64,000 nt of DNA from Trueperaceae bacterium. Its GTDB lineage: Bacteria > Deinococcota > Deinococci > Deinococcales > Trueperaceae. The translations under genes and the position numbers were made by a program. The stretch is from assembly GCA_965213705.1 (NCBI GenBank), contig OZ243913.1, positions 2,720,001-2,784,000 of the forward strand. The letters run 5' to 3'. The notes below the pieces were generated by a model. It saw only the letters and a list, made by a program, of their open reading frames with translations, was not told the DNA's origin and ran no database searches. Position 1 is the first letter of the stretch; each line of letters opens with the position of its first letter. Shown piece by piece: positions 1-10,725 of this stretch.

Positions 1-6
1 AACATT

Positions 7-450
7 TTGCTGCCCATCGCCCTTATCTTCGGTCTCGTTTTGCTGCTGACGCTGGACGCGGGTGGTGGCGTCGCCGAGCGCGCCGAGAGCAACCCGCTCG
101 AGTCGTGGCTCAAAACGAGCGTCGACTACATCGCTACGGGCGCGGAGATTGCCGCGGCGCTCGTCATCGGGTTGGCGGTCGTGCGGGGCATCCTGAGCTA
201 CGTAGTCAGCCTGTTCAGGGGCGCGCGCGTGTCCAGCACCGAAACGATTCGGCTCAGGCTCGGGCGCGTGCTGACGCTGGGCTTGGAGTTTACCGTTGCC
301 AGCGATATTTTGCGCACCGCCGTGGCGCCGACGCGCCAAGACATCTTAAACCTGGGGGCCATCGTGCTGCTCCGCACTTTGCTGAACTACTTTCTGGAAC
401 AAGAAATCCGTCAGGGCGAGCGAAGGCGCGGTAACCCCTCGAGCCTCTGA
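7..450 (+). CDS. DUF1622 family membrane protein
   Basis: LGRVLTLGLEFTVASDILRT...LGAIVLLRTLLNYFL motif typical of DUF1622. Confidence 0.8.
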   Translation: MLPIALIFGLVLLLTLDAGGGVAERAESNPLESWLKTSVDYIATGAEIAAALVIGLAVVRGILSYVVSLFRGARVSSTETIRLRLGRVLTLGLEFTVASDILRTAVAPTRQDILNLGAIVLLRTLLNYFLEQEIRQGERRRGNPSSL

Positions 451-628
451 CCGGTACACGTCTCGCTTTTTGTCGGCACGGTCAAACAGCGAGCGGGAGG
501 CGCGCCCGGACTCGGCCGCTATCACGCCCTTTGGAACCGGGTCGTGTGCAAACGCACACAAACCCCCTACAAAAAGCCGCTAGACTTGCTTTACCATCCC
601 GCCTAAAAGCGGGCAGAAGGGGCCGCCG

Positions 629-1573
629 TTGTTCTTGTCGTCGAAAAAAGTTAATGGGCTCGTCAAACGAGCTTCACCGAGCAACCTTGCCAGTCGTTTT
701 GAAAAGATGGCCTATGCCTACGGCCTCCGGTCGACGGCGAGCCTGACGTTGCCCGACTTTCTCTGCATAGGCTTTCGTAAGTCGGGAACAACCTGGCTTT
801 ATGAAAACCTGCACTTTCACCCCGAGATTTACCTTCCCCCGTACAAAAACGTTCGTTACTTCAGCAACGACTACAAGCAGCCCCTGGCGAGCTACGCCGC
901 ACACTTCAAAGACGGGCGCGGCAAGGTCAAAGGTGACTTCTCCAACGGTTACAGCTTTATCGACAGCCGCCGTATCGACTTTATCGCCAAGGTCATGCCG
1001 CACGTCAAGCTCATCGTGCTGTTGCGCAACCCCGTTGAGCGCGAGTGGTCCGAGTTTATTCACAACGTCACCGAAGCGGGAGAAAAGCTCGAGCACCTGG
1101 GCGAGGCGGAGATTTTGGACCGGCTCGAGAGGAGCGCGCTGCTCAAGGCGGGCGGCTACAACGCCGTGCTCGACAAGTGGCTCAGCTATTTCCCCGAAAA
1201 CCAGGTATATATAGGTTTGCGCGACGAAATCAAACGCGAACCCCAAAAGCTCCTCAGCGAGGTTTTTACCTTTCTGGGGGTGAGCAGTGAGGTGGACTGG
1301 TCGGCTTTTCCTTACGAGGCCGTCATCGTGCCGCCCGTCAACAAAGAGTTTCAGTTAGAGGGCTACGACCCGTGGCGGGGTGTCCGGGTCGAGAACTACC
1401 GGTCGGCGGCCAACGACATTCCGGCGGTGTACCGACAGTTTCTGGCCGAGAAGCTCGCGGCGGAGCTGGCACGCTTGTCGCAGCGTTTTGGGGAGCGGGT
1501 CGCGCACTGGCAGGACGCCCCGGCAAAAGAAATGGTGGACGAGCGCGCCAAAGTCACAAGCGGGGTAGGGTGA
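629..1573 (+). CDS. PAPS-dependent sulfotransferase family protein
   Basis: 5'-PSB-like [10 protein letters not shown] and 3'-PB-like [10 protein letters not shown] motifs; start uncertain. Confidence 0.8.
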   Translation: MFLSSKKVNGLVKRASPSNLASRFEKMAYAYGLRSTASLTLPDFLCIGFRKSGTTWLYENLHFHPEIYLPPYKNVRYFSNDYKQPLASYAAHFKDGRGKVKGDFSNGYSFIDSRRIDFIAKVMPHVKLIVLLRNPVEREWSEFIHNVTEAGEKLEHLGEAEILDRLERSALLKAGGYNAVLDKWLSYFPENQVYIGLRDEIKREPQKLLSEVFTFLGVSSEVDWSAFPYEAVIVPPVNKEFQLEGYDPWRGVRVENYRSAANDIPAVYRQFLAEKLAAELARLSQRFGERVAHWQDAPAKEMVDERAKVTSGVG

Positions 1574-3251
1574 CTCCCCGCTGACCCTGGTACTTGCCCG
1601 AGCGGTCTCTGTAGGTAGTTTCGGGCCGCTCGCCCTGGAAAAACAGCAGTTGCACGATGCCCTCGTTGGCATAAACTTTCGCGGGCAGCGGCGTGGTGTT
1701 GGACAGCTCGAGGGTGACGTGGCCTTCCCAACCGGGTTCCAAAGGCGTCACGTTGGCAACGATGCCGCAGTTGTGGACGAATACGCCCGCTTCCAGGGCA
1801 AAGTTCCCGGCTCCGGGGACGGTAAGGCAGTAAACGTCGTGGTCGCCTGGGAGCGCTCTAACGGACGCAACTTTGTGGTTGCGTGGTGTGGCTTGGCCTC
1901 TAAACGCTTCGACCACCTCGGAAAAACGCCGAAAGACGGAGCGGTCACAGTTGAGGGCTCGAGCCGCCCCGCGGATGGACCCCGTCAAGTCGAGGGCGGC
2001 CCGAATGGCTTTAGCGTCTATCTCATCCCGCAGCTTGACGCCGCGCGCAACCTCGCGCTGCTTGCTTCGCCGGGCCTCACCACTTTCGGCCCAGACACGC
2101 TGTGAGCGTTCGCCCTGTGCCCGACGCGCTTCATCGTTGTCTGCCCAGAAGTCACGTTGGCGGTCCGCTTGAACCTGACGCGCTTCCGCCGACTGCCAAA
2201 AGGCCCGGTGCTTGCCCGAAAGTTCAGCCCTTGCGTCCGTATAGTCCGCGTCGTGCCAAAAAGCTAGAGCACGTTCTCGCTGCGCCTCATGAAACCGTTC
2301 ACGCCAGACGGGGTCTTGCCCGAGTCTTGCGAGCGCGTCCCGAATCGCCGCGCCGTGGGCCTCAGCGTCGAAACCGTATCCGTACGTGTCGGCGTTGTGA
2401 TACCGAATGTGCTCGCCCGCATCCATCCGCAGGATGTTCCGGGGGTCGTTGTTTTGCCGGTTGTGGTCGAGGTGATGGCGGTGGGTATCGGGAGCATCCT
2501 CGTAGATGCCGTTCGCTAGGTTCCACTCGTCCGCGAGGCGGTGGGTAGGATAGGAGTAACCGGTGAGCGGCTGGTAAACCATTTCGTAGCCCCTGAACAG
2601 GTTTCGGTAGAGCGGCATCAGGGCATCGTTCGGACGCAGTGCGGCGGCTTCAACCATGCGTCCGTCACGGCTTATAAAGAGGTGGTCGGGGGTGCAGTGA
2701 ACACGTTCACCGCTGTCGAGCGTGATTTCCAAGAGGCTGTCACGCCCGATGAAGCGCGGCGCGTCCAGGTGAGTGACGACGACGCGTCCGTGCCTGCCGA
2801 CGCTGTAACCGAAAAACCGTTCGCCCCTTAGGTAACGCTCAGCCATCTGCTCGAGGCTCAGCGAAGTGCCGTCGACGAGGGCGACCCGCGTATCACCCCG
2901 GAAACAGCGCGCGTAGGACGACTTGCCCAGCGCGACGACCATCACGTCTTCAGGCACCCGCATGTACTCGACCGACCTCGTCAGCGCGAACGAGTTCGGC
3001 GGGATGATGCAGGTGTCCCCGTCAACCTCGACGAGGCTGTCGGTGTCGAAGTTTTTGGGGTCGACGACCGTGTTGAAGGCGTTGACGAAGATGCGCCACT
3101 CGGGTGCGGCCCGCAGGTCGTAGCCGAACGAGGACAGGCCGTAGCTGATGACGCCCTTGTTCCCCTCGTTGCGCACCAGACGGTCTTCAAACGGCTCTAT
3201 CATGCCCCGCAGGGCTTGTTCACGTATCCAGCGGTCGGGTTTGATGCTCAT
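1554..3251 (-). CDS. dcd: dCTP deaminase, intein-containing
   Basis: MSIKPDRWI...[20 protein letters not shown] / [28 protein letters not shown]; start moved to ATG at 3251. Confidence 0.92.
   Translation of the reverse strand: MSIKPDRWIREQALRGMIEPFEDRLVRNEGNKGVISYGLSSFGYDLRAAPEWRIFVNAFNTVVDPKNFDTDSLVEVDGDTCIIPPNSFALTRSVEYMRVPEDVMVVALGKSSYARCFRGDTRVALVDGTSLSLEQMAERYLRGERFFGYSVGRHGRVVVTHLDAPRFIGRDSLLEITLDSGERVHCTPDHLFISRDGRMVEAAALRPNDALMPLYRNLFRGYEMVYQPLTGYSYPTHRLADEWNLANGIYEDAPDTHRHHLDHNRQNNDPRNILRMDAGEHIRYHNADTYGYGFDAEAHGAAIRDALARLGQDPVWRERFHEAQRERALAFWHDADYTDARAELSGKHRAFWQSAEARQVQADRQRDFWADNDEARRAQGERSQRVWAESGEARRSKQREVARGVKLRDEIDAKAIRAALDLTGSIRGAARALNCDRSVFRRFSEVVEAFRGQATPRNHKVASVRALPGDHDVYCLTVPGAGNFALEAGVFVHNCGIVANVTPLEPGWEGHVTLELSNTTPLPAKVYANEGIVQLLFFQGERPETTYRDRSGKYQGQRGVTLPRL
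1770..2906 (-). mobile_element. Intein (379 aa) with HNH homing endonuclease
   Basis: Starts CFRGDT, block B CTPDH, ends VFVHN followed by extein Cys; internal THRL...[18 protein letters not shown] motif. Confidence 0.92.
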
Positions 3252-3734
3252 GACGAGACGGTAGCATCTTTTGTGTTCAGAAGGTAGCATTTTTGCGAGG
3301 AGAGGACCGCTTTTGGCGCGCACCGCCCTTTCGGGAGCGAGGTTGCAGACAACGTCGCTTAGACCGGAGGCGTCTACCGAGTCACCGACCTTCACACCAA
3401 CATGCCCCAAAAAACGAAACAAAAACAGTGTAAAAGGGATGAAAGACCGCTATGACCAGTGCCAACGGCTCGAGCCGAACCTTGTCGAGAGAAAGGGTTA
3501 CAACACGGCACGCCCCGGGTCAGACCGCGTCGTCGACCTAGTATTTCAGGTTCCCATAAAGGATTATCCCGAGTGGAATGGGAAAAAGAATTCCAACCAA
3601 GAGCCGAAAGACCTCCACCGGGTTTATTCGACGTGGTGTCGCAACCCGCATTAGAACTGGACATCAAACGAGCAGCCTTTGAGAGCACCGAAAGTCGAGG
3701 AACGCGGGAGTTGTAGGAAAAACCTTCGGATTTG

Positions 3735-4877
3735 CTATTCGCCGAGCACCCGCATCACCACGAACTTCAAATAGCGTCCTTCGGGAAAATTCAGCGGTAC
3801 CGGGTGGTCGAGGGCGTGGCCCGCTTCGTGAATCGTTTGGGCCCGAACGCCCGCTTCGCGCGCCGAACTCGCCAGCATTTCCAAAAAGTCGTTGGGGGCG
3901 ACTTGGGCGGTGCAGCTCGAGCTGACCAGCAACCCCCCCGGCCGCACGCAGCGGAGCGCCAGCGTGTTGAGTTTGCCGTAAGCGCGCAGGGCGGCGAAAC
4001 GGCTTTTTTTGTCCTTCGCCAGCGAGGGCGGGTCGAGCACGACGAGGTCGAAAACTTTTCCTGCGGCAGCGTACTGCTTGACAAGTTCGAACACGTCGGC
4101 GGTCACGGTTTCGTGGCGCCCTGCGTCGAAACCGTTCGCCGCCACGTTGCGCACCCCGTCGCGGTTGGCTGCCTCGGCGATGTCGACGCTTTGCACGTGC
4201 TGCGCACCTCCCGCGAGCGCGTAAACCGAAAAGCCGCCGTTGTAGCTGAACAAGTTGAGCACCGTCCGCCCGGCGGCAAACGTTTGAACCGTTTTGCGGT
4301 TTTCGCGCTGGTCCAAAAACAGGCCGGTTTTTTGGCCTTCGTACAAGTTGGCGATAAACTTCAAGCCGTTTTCGCGCACCGTGACCTCGGGCGGCGGGGG
4401 TTCGCCCCACAGGGGCTCGAGCCCCTGCGCGGTACGCCTCACGACGCCCTTGACGCGTTCTTTGGCGAGTGCGCCCACAACGTCGCCGAGCACAGTCTCG
4501 ACGCTGTGGGCGTAGGTTTTGACGACCACGTAGCGGTCGTAGCGGTCGGCGACGATGCCGGGCAGGCCGTCACCTTCGCCGTAGAGAAGCCGGTAAGCGT
4601 TGGTGTCGTCGGCAACGAAGGCTCGCAGTGCCAGGGCGTCCCGCACGCGCGCGCCCAGCCAGGCCCGGCTCGGCACCTCGGCCCGGCTGAACAAACGCAC
4701 GCCCACAGCGCCTTTTGAGTCGTACAGCCCCACCGCGCTCGCCCGCCCCGCTTCCAAACGCACCCAGTCGCCGCTTTGCAAGCTGTGGTCGGGAAGGTGG
4801 TTGCGGTAAACCCAGGGATGGCCGGAGGCCAAGGCGGGCTCGAGCTTAGGGCCTAAGTTGAGCGTGGTCAAAGTCAC
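3735..4877 (-). CDS. RlmI/RlmK-like class I SAM-dependent rRNA methyltransferase (PUA domain)
   Basis: GHPWVY, GEGDGLPG, GQKTGLFLDQRENR, LDPP, PEGRYLK; start uncertain. Confidence 0.85.
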   Translation of the reverse strand: MTLTTLNLGPKLEPALASGHPWVYRNHLPDHSLQSGDWVRLEAGRASAVGLYDSKGAVGVRLFSRAEVPSRAWLGARVRDALALRAFVADDTNAYRLLYGEGDGLPGIVADRYDRYVVVKTYAHSVETVLGDVVGALAKERVKGVVRRTAQGLEPLWGEPPPPEVTVRENGLKFIANLYEGQKTGLFLDQRENRKTVQTFAAGRTVLNLFSYNGGFSVYALAGGAQHVQSVDIAEAANRDGVRNVAANGFDAGRHETVTADVFELVKQYAAAGKVFDLVVLDPPSLAKDKKSRFAALRAYGKLNTLALRCVRPGGLLVSSSCTAQVAPNDFLEMLASSAREAGVRAQTIHEAGHALDHPVPLNFPEGRYLKFVVMRVLGE

Positions 4878-4887
4878 GGCTCGAGTC

Positions 4888-5562
4888 CTAAAACGGAAAG
4901 TACGACACCGGCCGCGGCGTCCACAAAGGTTCACCGTAACTCGCGTCGATAAACGTACCCCAGTAGGCGGCGCGGCCCCGGCGGCGGCGGTACACGTCCG
5001 GCGTGACGGTTTCCGAGGCGGCCTCGCCGGTGAACTGGCTCTTGTAACAGCGCACCGCTTCTTCCCACACTTCAATAAAGCTAGAAGTATCGACGATGAG
5101 GGTCGCCGAAAAGGGGCCGTTGCCCATGTAGTAAAAAAAGTTCTGCGGCTTGAACGGCTCGCCCGACAAGGGGCTGTTTTTGAGGCCGGCTAGGTGCAGG
5201 GCGGCGGGCGCGATTGAAGCGGCGGCGACGTGGTCGGGATGGCGGTCGTTGGCGTGGGGCGCGACCACCACGCGGGGCTGCAGTTCGCGGAGCACGCGGG
5301 CGAGTTGCAACCGCTTGTCCTCGCTGTCGAAAATGCGCGAGTCGGGCCAGCCCAAGTTGCGGCGCACGTCTAAGCCTAAGACTTTGCTGGCGGCGGCGGC
5401 TTCCTGGGCTCGGGTCTCCGGCGTGCCCTTGGTCGCCGCCTCGCCGCGGGTCAGGTCGATGATGCCGGTCGTATACCCTTGCGCCTTGGCCCGCGCCAGG
5501 GTGCCACCCATGCCCAGTTCGGCGTCGTCCGGGTGGGGGCTCACCACCAAAAGGTCTATCAC
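4888..5562 (-). CDS. bshB1: Bacillithiol biosynthesis deacetylase (PIG-L family)
   Basis: PHPDDAELGMGG, DLTRGE, RHPDH motifs. Confidence 0.85.
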   Translation of the reverse strand: MIDLLVVSPHPDDAELGMGGTLARAKAQGYTTGIIDLTRGEAATKGTPETRAQEAAAASKVLGLDVRRNLGWPDSRIFDSEDKRLQLARVLRELQPRVVVAPHANDRHPDHVAAASIAPAALHLAGLKNSPLSGEPFKPQNFFYYMGNGPFSATLIVDTSSFIEVWEEAVRCYKSQFTGEAASETVTPDVYRRRRGRAAYWGTFIDASYGEPLWTPRPVSYFPF

Positions 5563-6179
5563 GGTTTCTCCTCCAGCACAACTTTTTCCCCCAAACGCCG
5601 CTCGACGCCCGCCGCAAGCCGCTTGATGTTCTCGCGGTGCCGGTAGATGACGAGCAGCATAATAGCCACCGTGAGAAAAAAGTACGGAAACAAAAAACTG
5701 CCCTTCGCCAGAAAAAACAGCGGCGCGACGATGACGCCCACCAGCGAACCCAAAGAAACGTAGCGGCCGAGTGCGATGGTCGAAACGCCCAGGATGATGA
5801 CGAGGAGCGAGATGAACGGGTCAATGGCGAGCAACACGCCCAAACCCGTGGCGATGCCGCGCCCCCCCTTAAACCTTAAAAAGATGTTGAAGTTGTTACC
5901 CAAAATCGCCGCGAAGCCGGTCAGCGCCACGGTCCAGGCGCTCATCCCGAGAAGCAGCGGGAACAGCGTTGCCAGGTAGCTTTTCAAGGGGTCGAGGAGC
6001 ACCACGACGACGGCCGGCACCACACCCAAAGTCCGCAGGATATTGGTCGCGCCGATGTTGCCCGAGCCGACCTTTTGGATGTCGACGCCGCGCGCTTTAG
6101 CCAGCAAGTACCCTGTGGGTATACTGCCCATCAGGTAGCCGATTGCCATAAAAATGAGGGTAAACAGGATGCTCAACAA
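5559..6179 (-). CDS. plsY: Glycerol-3-phosphate acyltransferase
   Basis: GSGNIGATN, FKGGRGIAT, RHRENIKRL. Confidence 0.92.
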   Translation of the reverse strand: MLSILFTLIFMAIGYLMGSIPTGYLLAKARGVDIQKVGSGNIGATNILRTLGVVPAVVVVLLDPLKSYLATLFPLLLGMSAWTVALTGFAAILGNNFNIFLRFKGGRGIATGLGVLLAIDPFISLLVIILGVSTIALGRYVSLGSLVGVIVAPLFFLAKGSFLFPYFFLTVAIMLLVIYRHRENIKRLAAGVERRLGEKVVLEEKP

Positions 6180-6452
6180 GATGACTTCTTATAACACGCT
6201 CCCCCGGTCGGACGTGGCGAAAGACCCCGCAAAAGAAACAAAAAGAAAGGCTCGAGAAACTACCCCGCCCGGTGCCGGGTTTCGGCGTGAGCAGGTTTGT
6301 CGCTGACCAGGGACGCAAAAAGCGTGTCGGGCTGTGTGGCCTCGGTCGGCTTCTGCGGTGGCTCTTGCAGTAGCTCCTACAGCAGTTTTCTTATCGCCTT
6401 CTCACAGGAAAGGTACAGTGAGGCGTGACCATACCGTACTGTTCGCTGGGAC

Positions 6453-7118
6453 GTGGGGCTGCGACTTGTGGCTAAGGTCGCCGCCCTGCTCCCCGCTGCC
6501 GGCCGGGGCTCGCGCTTGGGGCGCGGGCCGAAGGCGTTTTTGCCCTTCGGCGGCACCTCGCTGTTGAACTTTACCCTGCAAGCTTTCGGCGGACTTGTCG
6601 ACGAAATCCTCGTGGCAGTGTCGCAAGACATGTTGACCGAAGCGGCGCGGCACGTAACTGGGGCGGCCGTCGTCGAAGGGGGCGGCACGCGCCAGGAAAC
6701 GGTGCGGAAGCTGCTCGGGGCCACCCGCGCCGACATCGTCCTGATTCACGACGCGGCGCGCCCTTTCCTGGCACGCTCGCTCGTCACCGAGGTGATAGCG
6801 AGCGTGTCGGCGACCGGCGCGGCCTGCGTCGTCACGCCGGTCGCCGACACGCTCGTGACGTTGCGAGGTGACGCAGTCGACCGGGCGGGGCTGCGCGCGG
6901 TGCAAACGCCGCAGGGTTTTCGGCGCGACCTCGTTTTAAACGCGCACGCGCGCGCGCTGCAAGGCGGCGTGCAGGCGACCGACGACGCCGCCCTGGTGCG
7001 GCGTGCGGGTCACGCGGTGAGTTTTGTCGAGGGAAGCGCTTGGCTCATGAAAATTACCACCCCGGACGACTACAGTCTGGCGCAGGCGTTGGTCGAGGCG
7101 TGGCGTGATAGAGCTTAA
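6453..7118 (+). CDS. ispD: 2-C-methyl-D-erythritol 4-phosphate cytidylyltransferase
   Basis: AAGRGSRLG..PK, HDAARP, QTPQGF, TDDA, KITTPDD. Confidence 0.92.
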   Translation: MGLRLVAKVAALLPAAGRGSRLGRGPKAFLPFGGTSLLNFTLQAFGGLVDEILVAVSQDMLTEAARHVTGAAVVEGGGTRQETVRKLLGATRADIVLIHDAARPFLARSLVTEVIASVSATGAACVVTPVADTLVTLRGDAVDRAGLRAVQTPQGFRRDLVLNAHARALQGGVQATDDAALVRRAGHAVSFVEGSAWLMKITTPDDYSLAQALVEAWRDRA

Positions 7119-7926
7119 AGCCCACGCCAAGGTCAACCTCGGCTTGAGCGTCCTGGGCAAGCGCGGCGACGGTTTTCACAGCCTCGACACGCTGTTTGTG
7201 CGTCTGGACTTGCACGACACGGTGCAGCTCACACCGACACCTGCGGGCGTCGCACTGCGGGTCGAGAGTCCCGACCTGCCGAGTGACCGGCGCAACCTGG
7301 CGTTCGGGGCGGCCGAACTTTATTTTGAACATGCCGGGGCGGGCGGCGTGCGGCTTAATCTGCACAAACGCGTCCCCGTTGCCGCCGGGCTCGGCGGCGG
7401 TTCGGCGGACGCGGCGGCCGTGCTGCGCGGTCTGGCGCAGCTTTATCCGTCGGGCGTAGGTTTGTTGGAGCTGGCCCAAAAGCTCGGCTCGGACGTACCG
7501 TTTTTTGTTCGTGACTTGCCCGCGGCGCGCGGGCGGGGGCGCGGTGAACGGCTCGAGCCCGTCACCTTGCCCCAGGCTCACCTCGTTTTGGTCAACCCGG
7601 GCGTCGCGGTCAGCGCCAAGGACGCTTACGCCGCGGTGACGAAGTACGACGAGCCCTTGGACGTCGCCGCGCTGCTGGCGAGTTTGCAAACCGGCACGGA
7701 GGTCGACTTACCCAACACCCTGCAGGCCGGGGTCGTGCGGCTGGCGCCCGTCGTCGGAGACGTGCTCACCGCGCTACGAGCGACCCCACTGCGCGGCGTG
7801 GCGATGTCGGGCAGCGGTTCGACCTGTTTTGGCCTGGCTCGAGACGAAGCGGAAGCCACCAAAATCGCCGCAGAGTTGACAGCAGCCCACCCGACTTGGT
7901 GGGTCAGGTCGGCAAAGACGGTGTGA
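7105..7926 (+). CDS. ispE: 4-diphosphocytidyl-2-C-methyl-D-erythritol kinase
   Basis: AKVNLGL, PVAAGLGGGSADAA, GSDVPFF, MSGSGS. Confidence 0.92.
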   Translation: MIELKAHAKVNLGLSVLGKRGDGFHSLDTLFVRLDLHDTVQLTPTPAGVALRVESPDLPSDRRNLAFGAAELYFEHAGAGGVRLNLHKRVPVAAGLGGGSADAAAVLRGLAQLYPSGVGLLELAQKLGSDVPFFVRDLPAARGRGRGERLEPVTLPQAHLVLVNPGVAVSAKDAYAAVTKYDEPLDVAALLASLQTGTEVDLPNTLQAGVVRLAPVVGDVLTALRATPLRGVAMSGSGSTCFGLARDEAEATKIAAELTAAHPTWWVRSAKTV

Positions 7927-7998
7927 GGTGGGCGCACCTCACGCCGTCTTCGGTGGGGAAAGCGAAGCGGCAAAAAAACGATTCGTTCCCTGCTCGGC

Positions 7999-9042
7999 TC
8001 AGCTCGCCTCTACCGGTACAACTCTTTTGGGCGTGACCGGCCGGTTTTGTTCGGCACTTTCGTAAGAGGCCAGGACCAGACGAACCGCCTCGAGCCCGTC
8101 CTCGCCGGTGCAGATGACTTCACGCTCGCCGCGAACCGCCGCCAAAAAGTTGGCGACGTGGCGGCCGTGGTTCGTCTGAGCGTCGCCCTGGGTCGGAAAG
8201 TTGTACACCGCCACGTCGGTGTCGCCCCAGGTCGTGCCGGGCGAGGTGCGGAAGCGGTGCTTGAGAACCGGGCTGTCCCACCGGTTGGTGTATTCGAGAG
8301 CGCCCAGCGTTCCGTAAATCCAAAAGCCCTCTTCCCAACCCGTCGCCGTCCACGCCGCCTCGACACTGCAGAGCGTGTCCGACGCGAACCTCAGGCTCAC
8401 GACGGCGGTGTCTTCGACCTCGACATCGAACTTCAGCGTGGCGGTGCGGGCGTACAAGTCGACCACCTCGCCGCCAAAGTAACGCGCCAGGTCGAACATG
8501 TGGCAGCCGTTGTCGAGCAGCGTGCCGCCCCCGGCGTTCGCTTTGGTACCGAAGCTCGGCCGCACCGTTTCGGCCCCCGCCCAGTCGTGCGCCTGACGCA
8601 ACTTGACAAAGGTCACCCGGCCCAGCTCGCCCGAATCGACGAGTTTTTTGGCGTGGTAAGCCGCGCCGTTCGAGCGCATGTGGTGACCGATTTGCAGCAC
8701 CACGCCCGAGGCTCGGCAGACGTCTATCATCTCCTGGGCCAGCTCCAGGTTGAGCGAAATCGGCTTCTCGCAGAGCACGTGTTTACCTGCCCGCGCCGCG
8801 GCGACGGTCGCCGGGTGGTGGTACGCGTTGGGGGTGCAGACGGACACGGCTTCGACCTCGGGCAGCGCCAGCAGGTCGTGGTAGTCGGTAAACGTCTGCG
8901 GCACGCCCCACTGTTTTTGCCGCGCCGCCAAAGCCGCGCCGTTGACGTCGGCGATGGCGACCACTTCGGCCCCGGCCGCGACGTAGCTCAGGAAGTGACG
9001 GTCCGATATGCCGCCGGTCCCGATGATGCCCACTTTCATCAA
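7999..9042 (-). CDS. Gfo/Idh/MocA family oxidoreductase
   Basis: GIIGTGGI, KHVLCEKP, GGGTLLDNGCH. Confidence 0.88.
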   Translation of the reverse strand: MMKVGIIGTGGISDRHFLSYVAAGAEVVAIADVNGAALAARQKQWGVPQTFTDYHDLLALPEVEAVSVCTPNAYHHPATVAAARAGKHVLCEKPISLNLELAQEMIDVCRASGVVLQIGHHMRSNGAAYHAKKLVDSGELGRVTFVKLRQAHDWAGAETVRPSFGTKANAGGGTLLDNGCHMFDLARYFGGEVVDLYARTATLKFDVEVEDTAVVSLRFASDTLCSVEAAWTATGWEEGFWIYGTLGALEYTNRWDSPVLKHRFRTSPGTTWGDTDVAVYNFPTQGDAQTNHGRHVANFLAAVRGEREVICTGEDGLEAVRLVLASYESAEQNRPVTPKRVVPVEAS

Positions 9043-9827
9043 ACGTGCTCCTTACCCGGGTTGGGAACGGGCTCGAGGGCTTGCGGGTTTGGGCACTTGC
9101 TCGAGTCGATTCTGACCCGCGCCGCCGTCCACTTAGCCGCGTTGGCGATGACGCGCAAAACGTGTTCGTTTTTGTAAGTCGGGTAAGTTTCGTGACCCGG
9201 CCGAAAATAGACGACCCGCCCGTGCCCGCGCGTCCAGGTGCAGGCGCTCCTGAAAACCTCACCGCCTTGAAACCACGAAATCATCAACAGTTCGTCCGGC
9301 GTCGGGATGTCGAAACGCTCGCCGTACATCTCCTCTTGCGGCAGCTCGAAATAGTCGGGCACGCCCTGCATGACCGGGTGAGCGGGCGCTAGGTTCCACA
9401 ACCGTTCTTTTTCGTCGGCCTCGCGCCACCTCAAAGAGCCGTGGGTCCCCAACACGCGCTGAAAAATCTTGGAGAAGTGTCCCGAATGCAGCACGACGAG
9501 TCCCATACCGCTCAAAACTTGCTCGTGTACCCGCGCGACGACGTCGTCGCTCACCCGGTCGTGCGCCATGTGGCCCCACCACAAAAGGGTGTCGGTCGCC
9601 GCCAACACCTCTTCGGTAAGGCCGTGTTCGGGGTCCTCCAGCGTGGCGTAACGCAGTTCGAACTCTCCCAGTTCGGCGATGCCCGCGCCGATGGCCGCGT
9701 GAATCCCGTCGGGGTAGATGGCGGCGACGTGCGCGTCTTTTTCGTGCAAGAACTCGTTCCAGATGGTCACCCTGGTCTCGTGCGCCCGGTTGTCACCCGT
9801 TTGGGTCGTGTCTCGTTGGTTTTTCAC
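9039..9827 (-). CDS. ThuA domain (trehalose utilisation) protein
   Basis: VTIWNEFLHE, YPDGIH, WWGHMAH, LHSGHFSK, FRPGHETYP. Confidence 0.88.
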   Translation of the reverse strand: MKNQRDTTQTGDNRAHETRVTIWNEFLHEKDAHVAAIYPDGIHAAIGAGIAELGEFELRYATLEDPEHGLTEEVLAATDTLLWWGHMAHDRVSDDVVARVHEQVLSGMGLVVLHSGHFSKIFQRVLGTHGSLRWREADEKERLWNLAPAHPVMQGVPDYFELPQEEMYGERFDIPTPDELLMISWFQGGEVFRSACTWTRGHGRVVYFRPGHETYPTYKNEHVLRVIANAAKWTAARVRIDSSKCPNPQALEPVPNPGKEHV

Positions 9828-10028
9828 CTTGGCTCCCGTCTCGTCCGAGTCCGCTGGGACACCGGCATAAACACCGATTGTAACAAAGCCGACACCGGTC
9901 GCTGTTAGATTTTTAAACGCTTCGACCCGCCACGCAGACTATCTTGGAGTTCCGGTGCAGCCGGAACGTTTGAACCCTTGCAGCTGAATCCTTGCAGCGG
10001 CAGCGTCCGGGTTCAGGTGAGGAGCTGA

Positions 10029-10574
10029 GTGACAAGGCGCGTCTTACCCCTATCACCCACAGAGTTTGTCGCACGTCGGCCTTTGGTAGCGCCGAACGTG
10101 AGCGGTTTCGTCGTGCTCGAGCTACTCGCCACTATTTGTCTGTTGGGGTCGCTGGGCGCCGTAGGCCTGAGCAACCTGCACCGTGACAAACCGCAGGTCG
10201 GCGGCAGCTTACAGTTGCTCGCCGCAGACTTGTTGTGGGCGCGCAGCGAGGCGATTCGCCTCGACACCCCGGTTCGCGTCACGTACAGCGCCACGACCAA
10301 CAGCTACCGGGTCGCTTACGAGGGTGACGACTCGACTTCTTACGTCGCTTTCGAACGCGACTTAAAGCGTGACTTTCCCTTAGCCAGGCTCGTTCCTACC
10401 GCTTCTACAGACGCCGCGACGCAGACCTTCCTTTTCGACGCGCGCGGCGTGCCGCAGGGACTACAAACAGCGGCGAAAGTAGAAATCGCCTCGAGCCTAG
10501 ACCCGACTTTCAAGCGGTGTCTGTTCATCAACCCCAAGGGTTTGATAACCGCGAACGAAACGTGCAGCTTGTAA
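10029..10574 (+). CDS. GspH/FimT-like pseudopilin
   Basis: Prepilin-like GFVVLELL hydrophobic segment, ARSEAI, FDARG, C-terminal Cys pair; true start probably downstream. Confidence 0.65.
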   Translation: MTRRVLPLSPTEFVARRPLVAPNVSGFVVLELLATICLLGSLGAVGLSNLHRDKPQVGGSLQLLAADLLWARSEAIRLDTPVRVTYSATTNSYRVAYEGDDSTSYVAFERDLKRDFPLARLVPTASTDAATQTFLFDARGVPQGLQTAAKVEIASSLDPTFKRCLFINPKGLITANETCSL

Positions 10575-10637
10575 ACGTGTACCTTGTAAGCGTGTACCTT
10601 ATAAACGTGCATCCAACCGGGGCGGGTGCGTGACGAA

Positions 10638-10671
10638 GGGAGGCCGGACGCCTAACGCCGTCCGGCCTCCC
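10638..10671. terminator. Hairpin between convergent genes
   Basis: gggaggccggacg-N8-cgtccggcctccc. Confidence 0.6.
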
Positions 10672-10725
10672 CTGCCCTTTGTCATTCCCGACGCCGTCTG
10701 AACCGCCGGCCCAGCGACCGACGGG

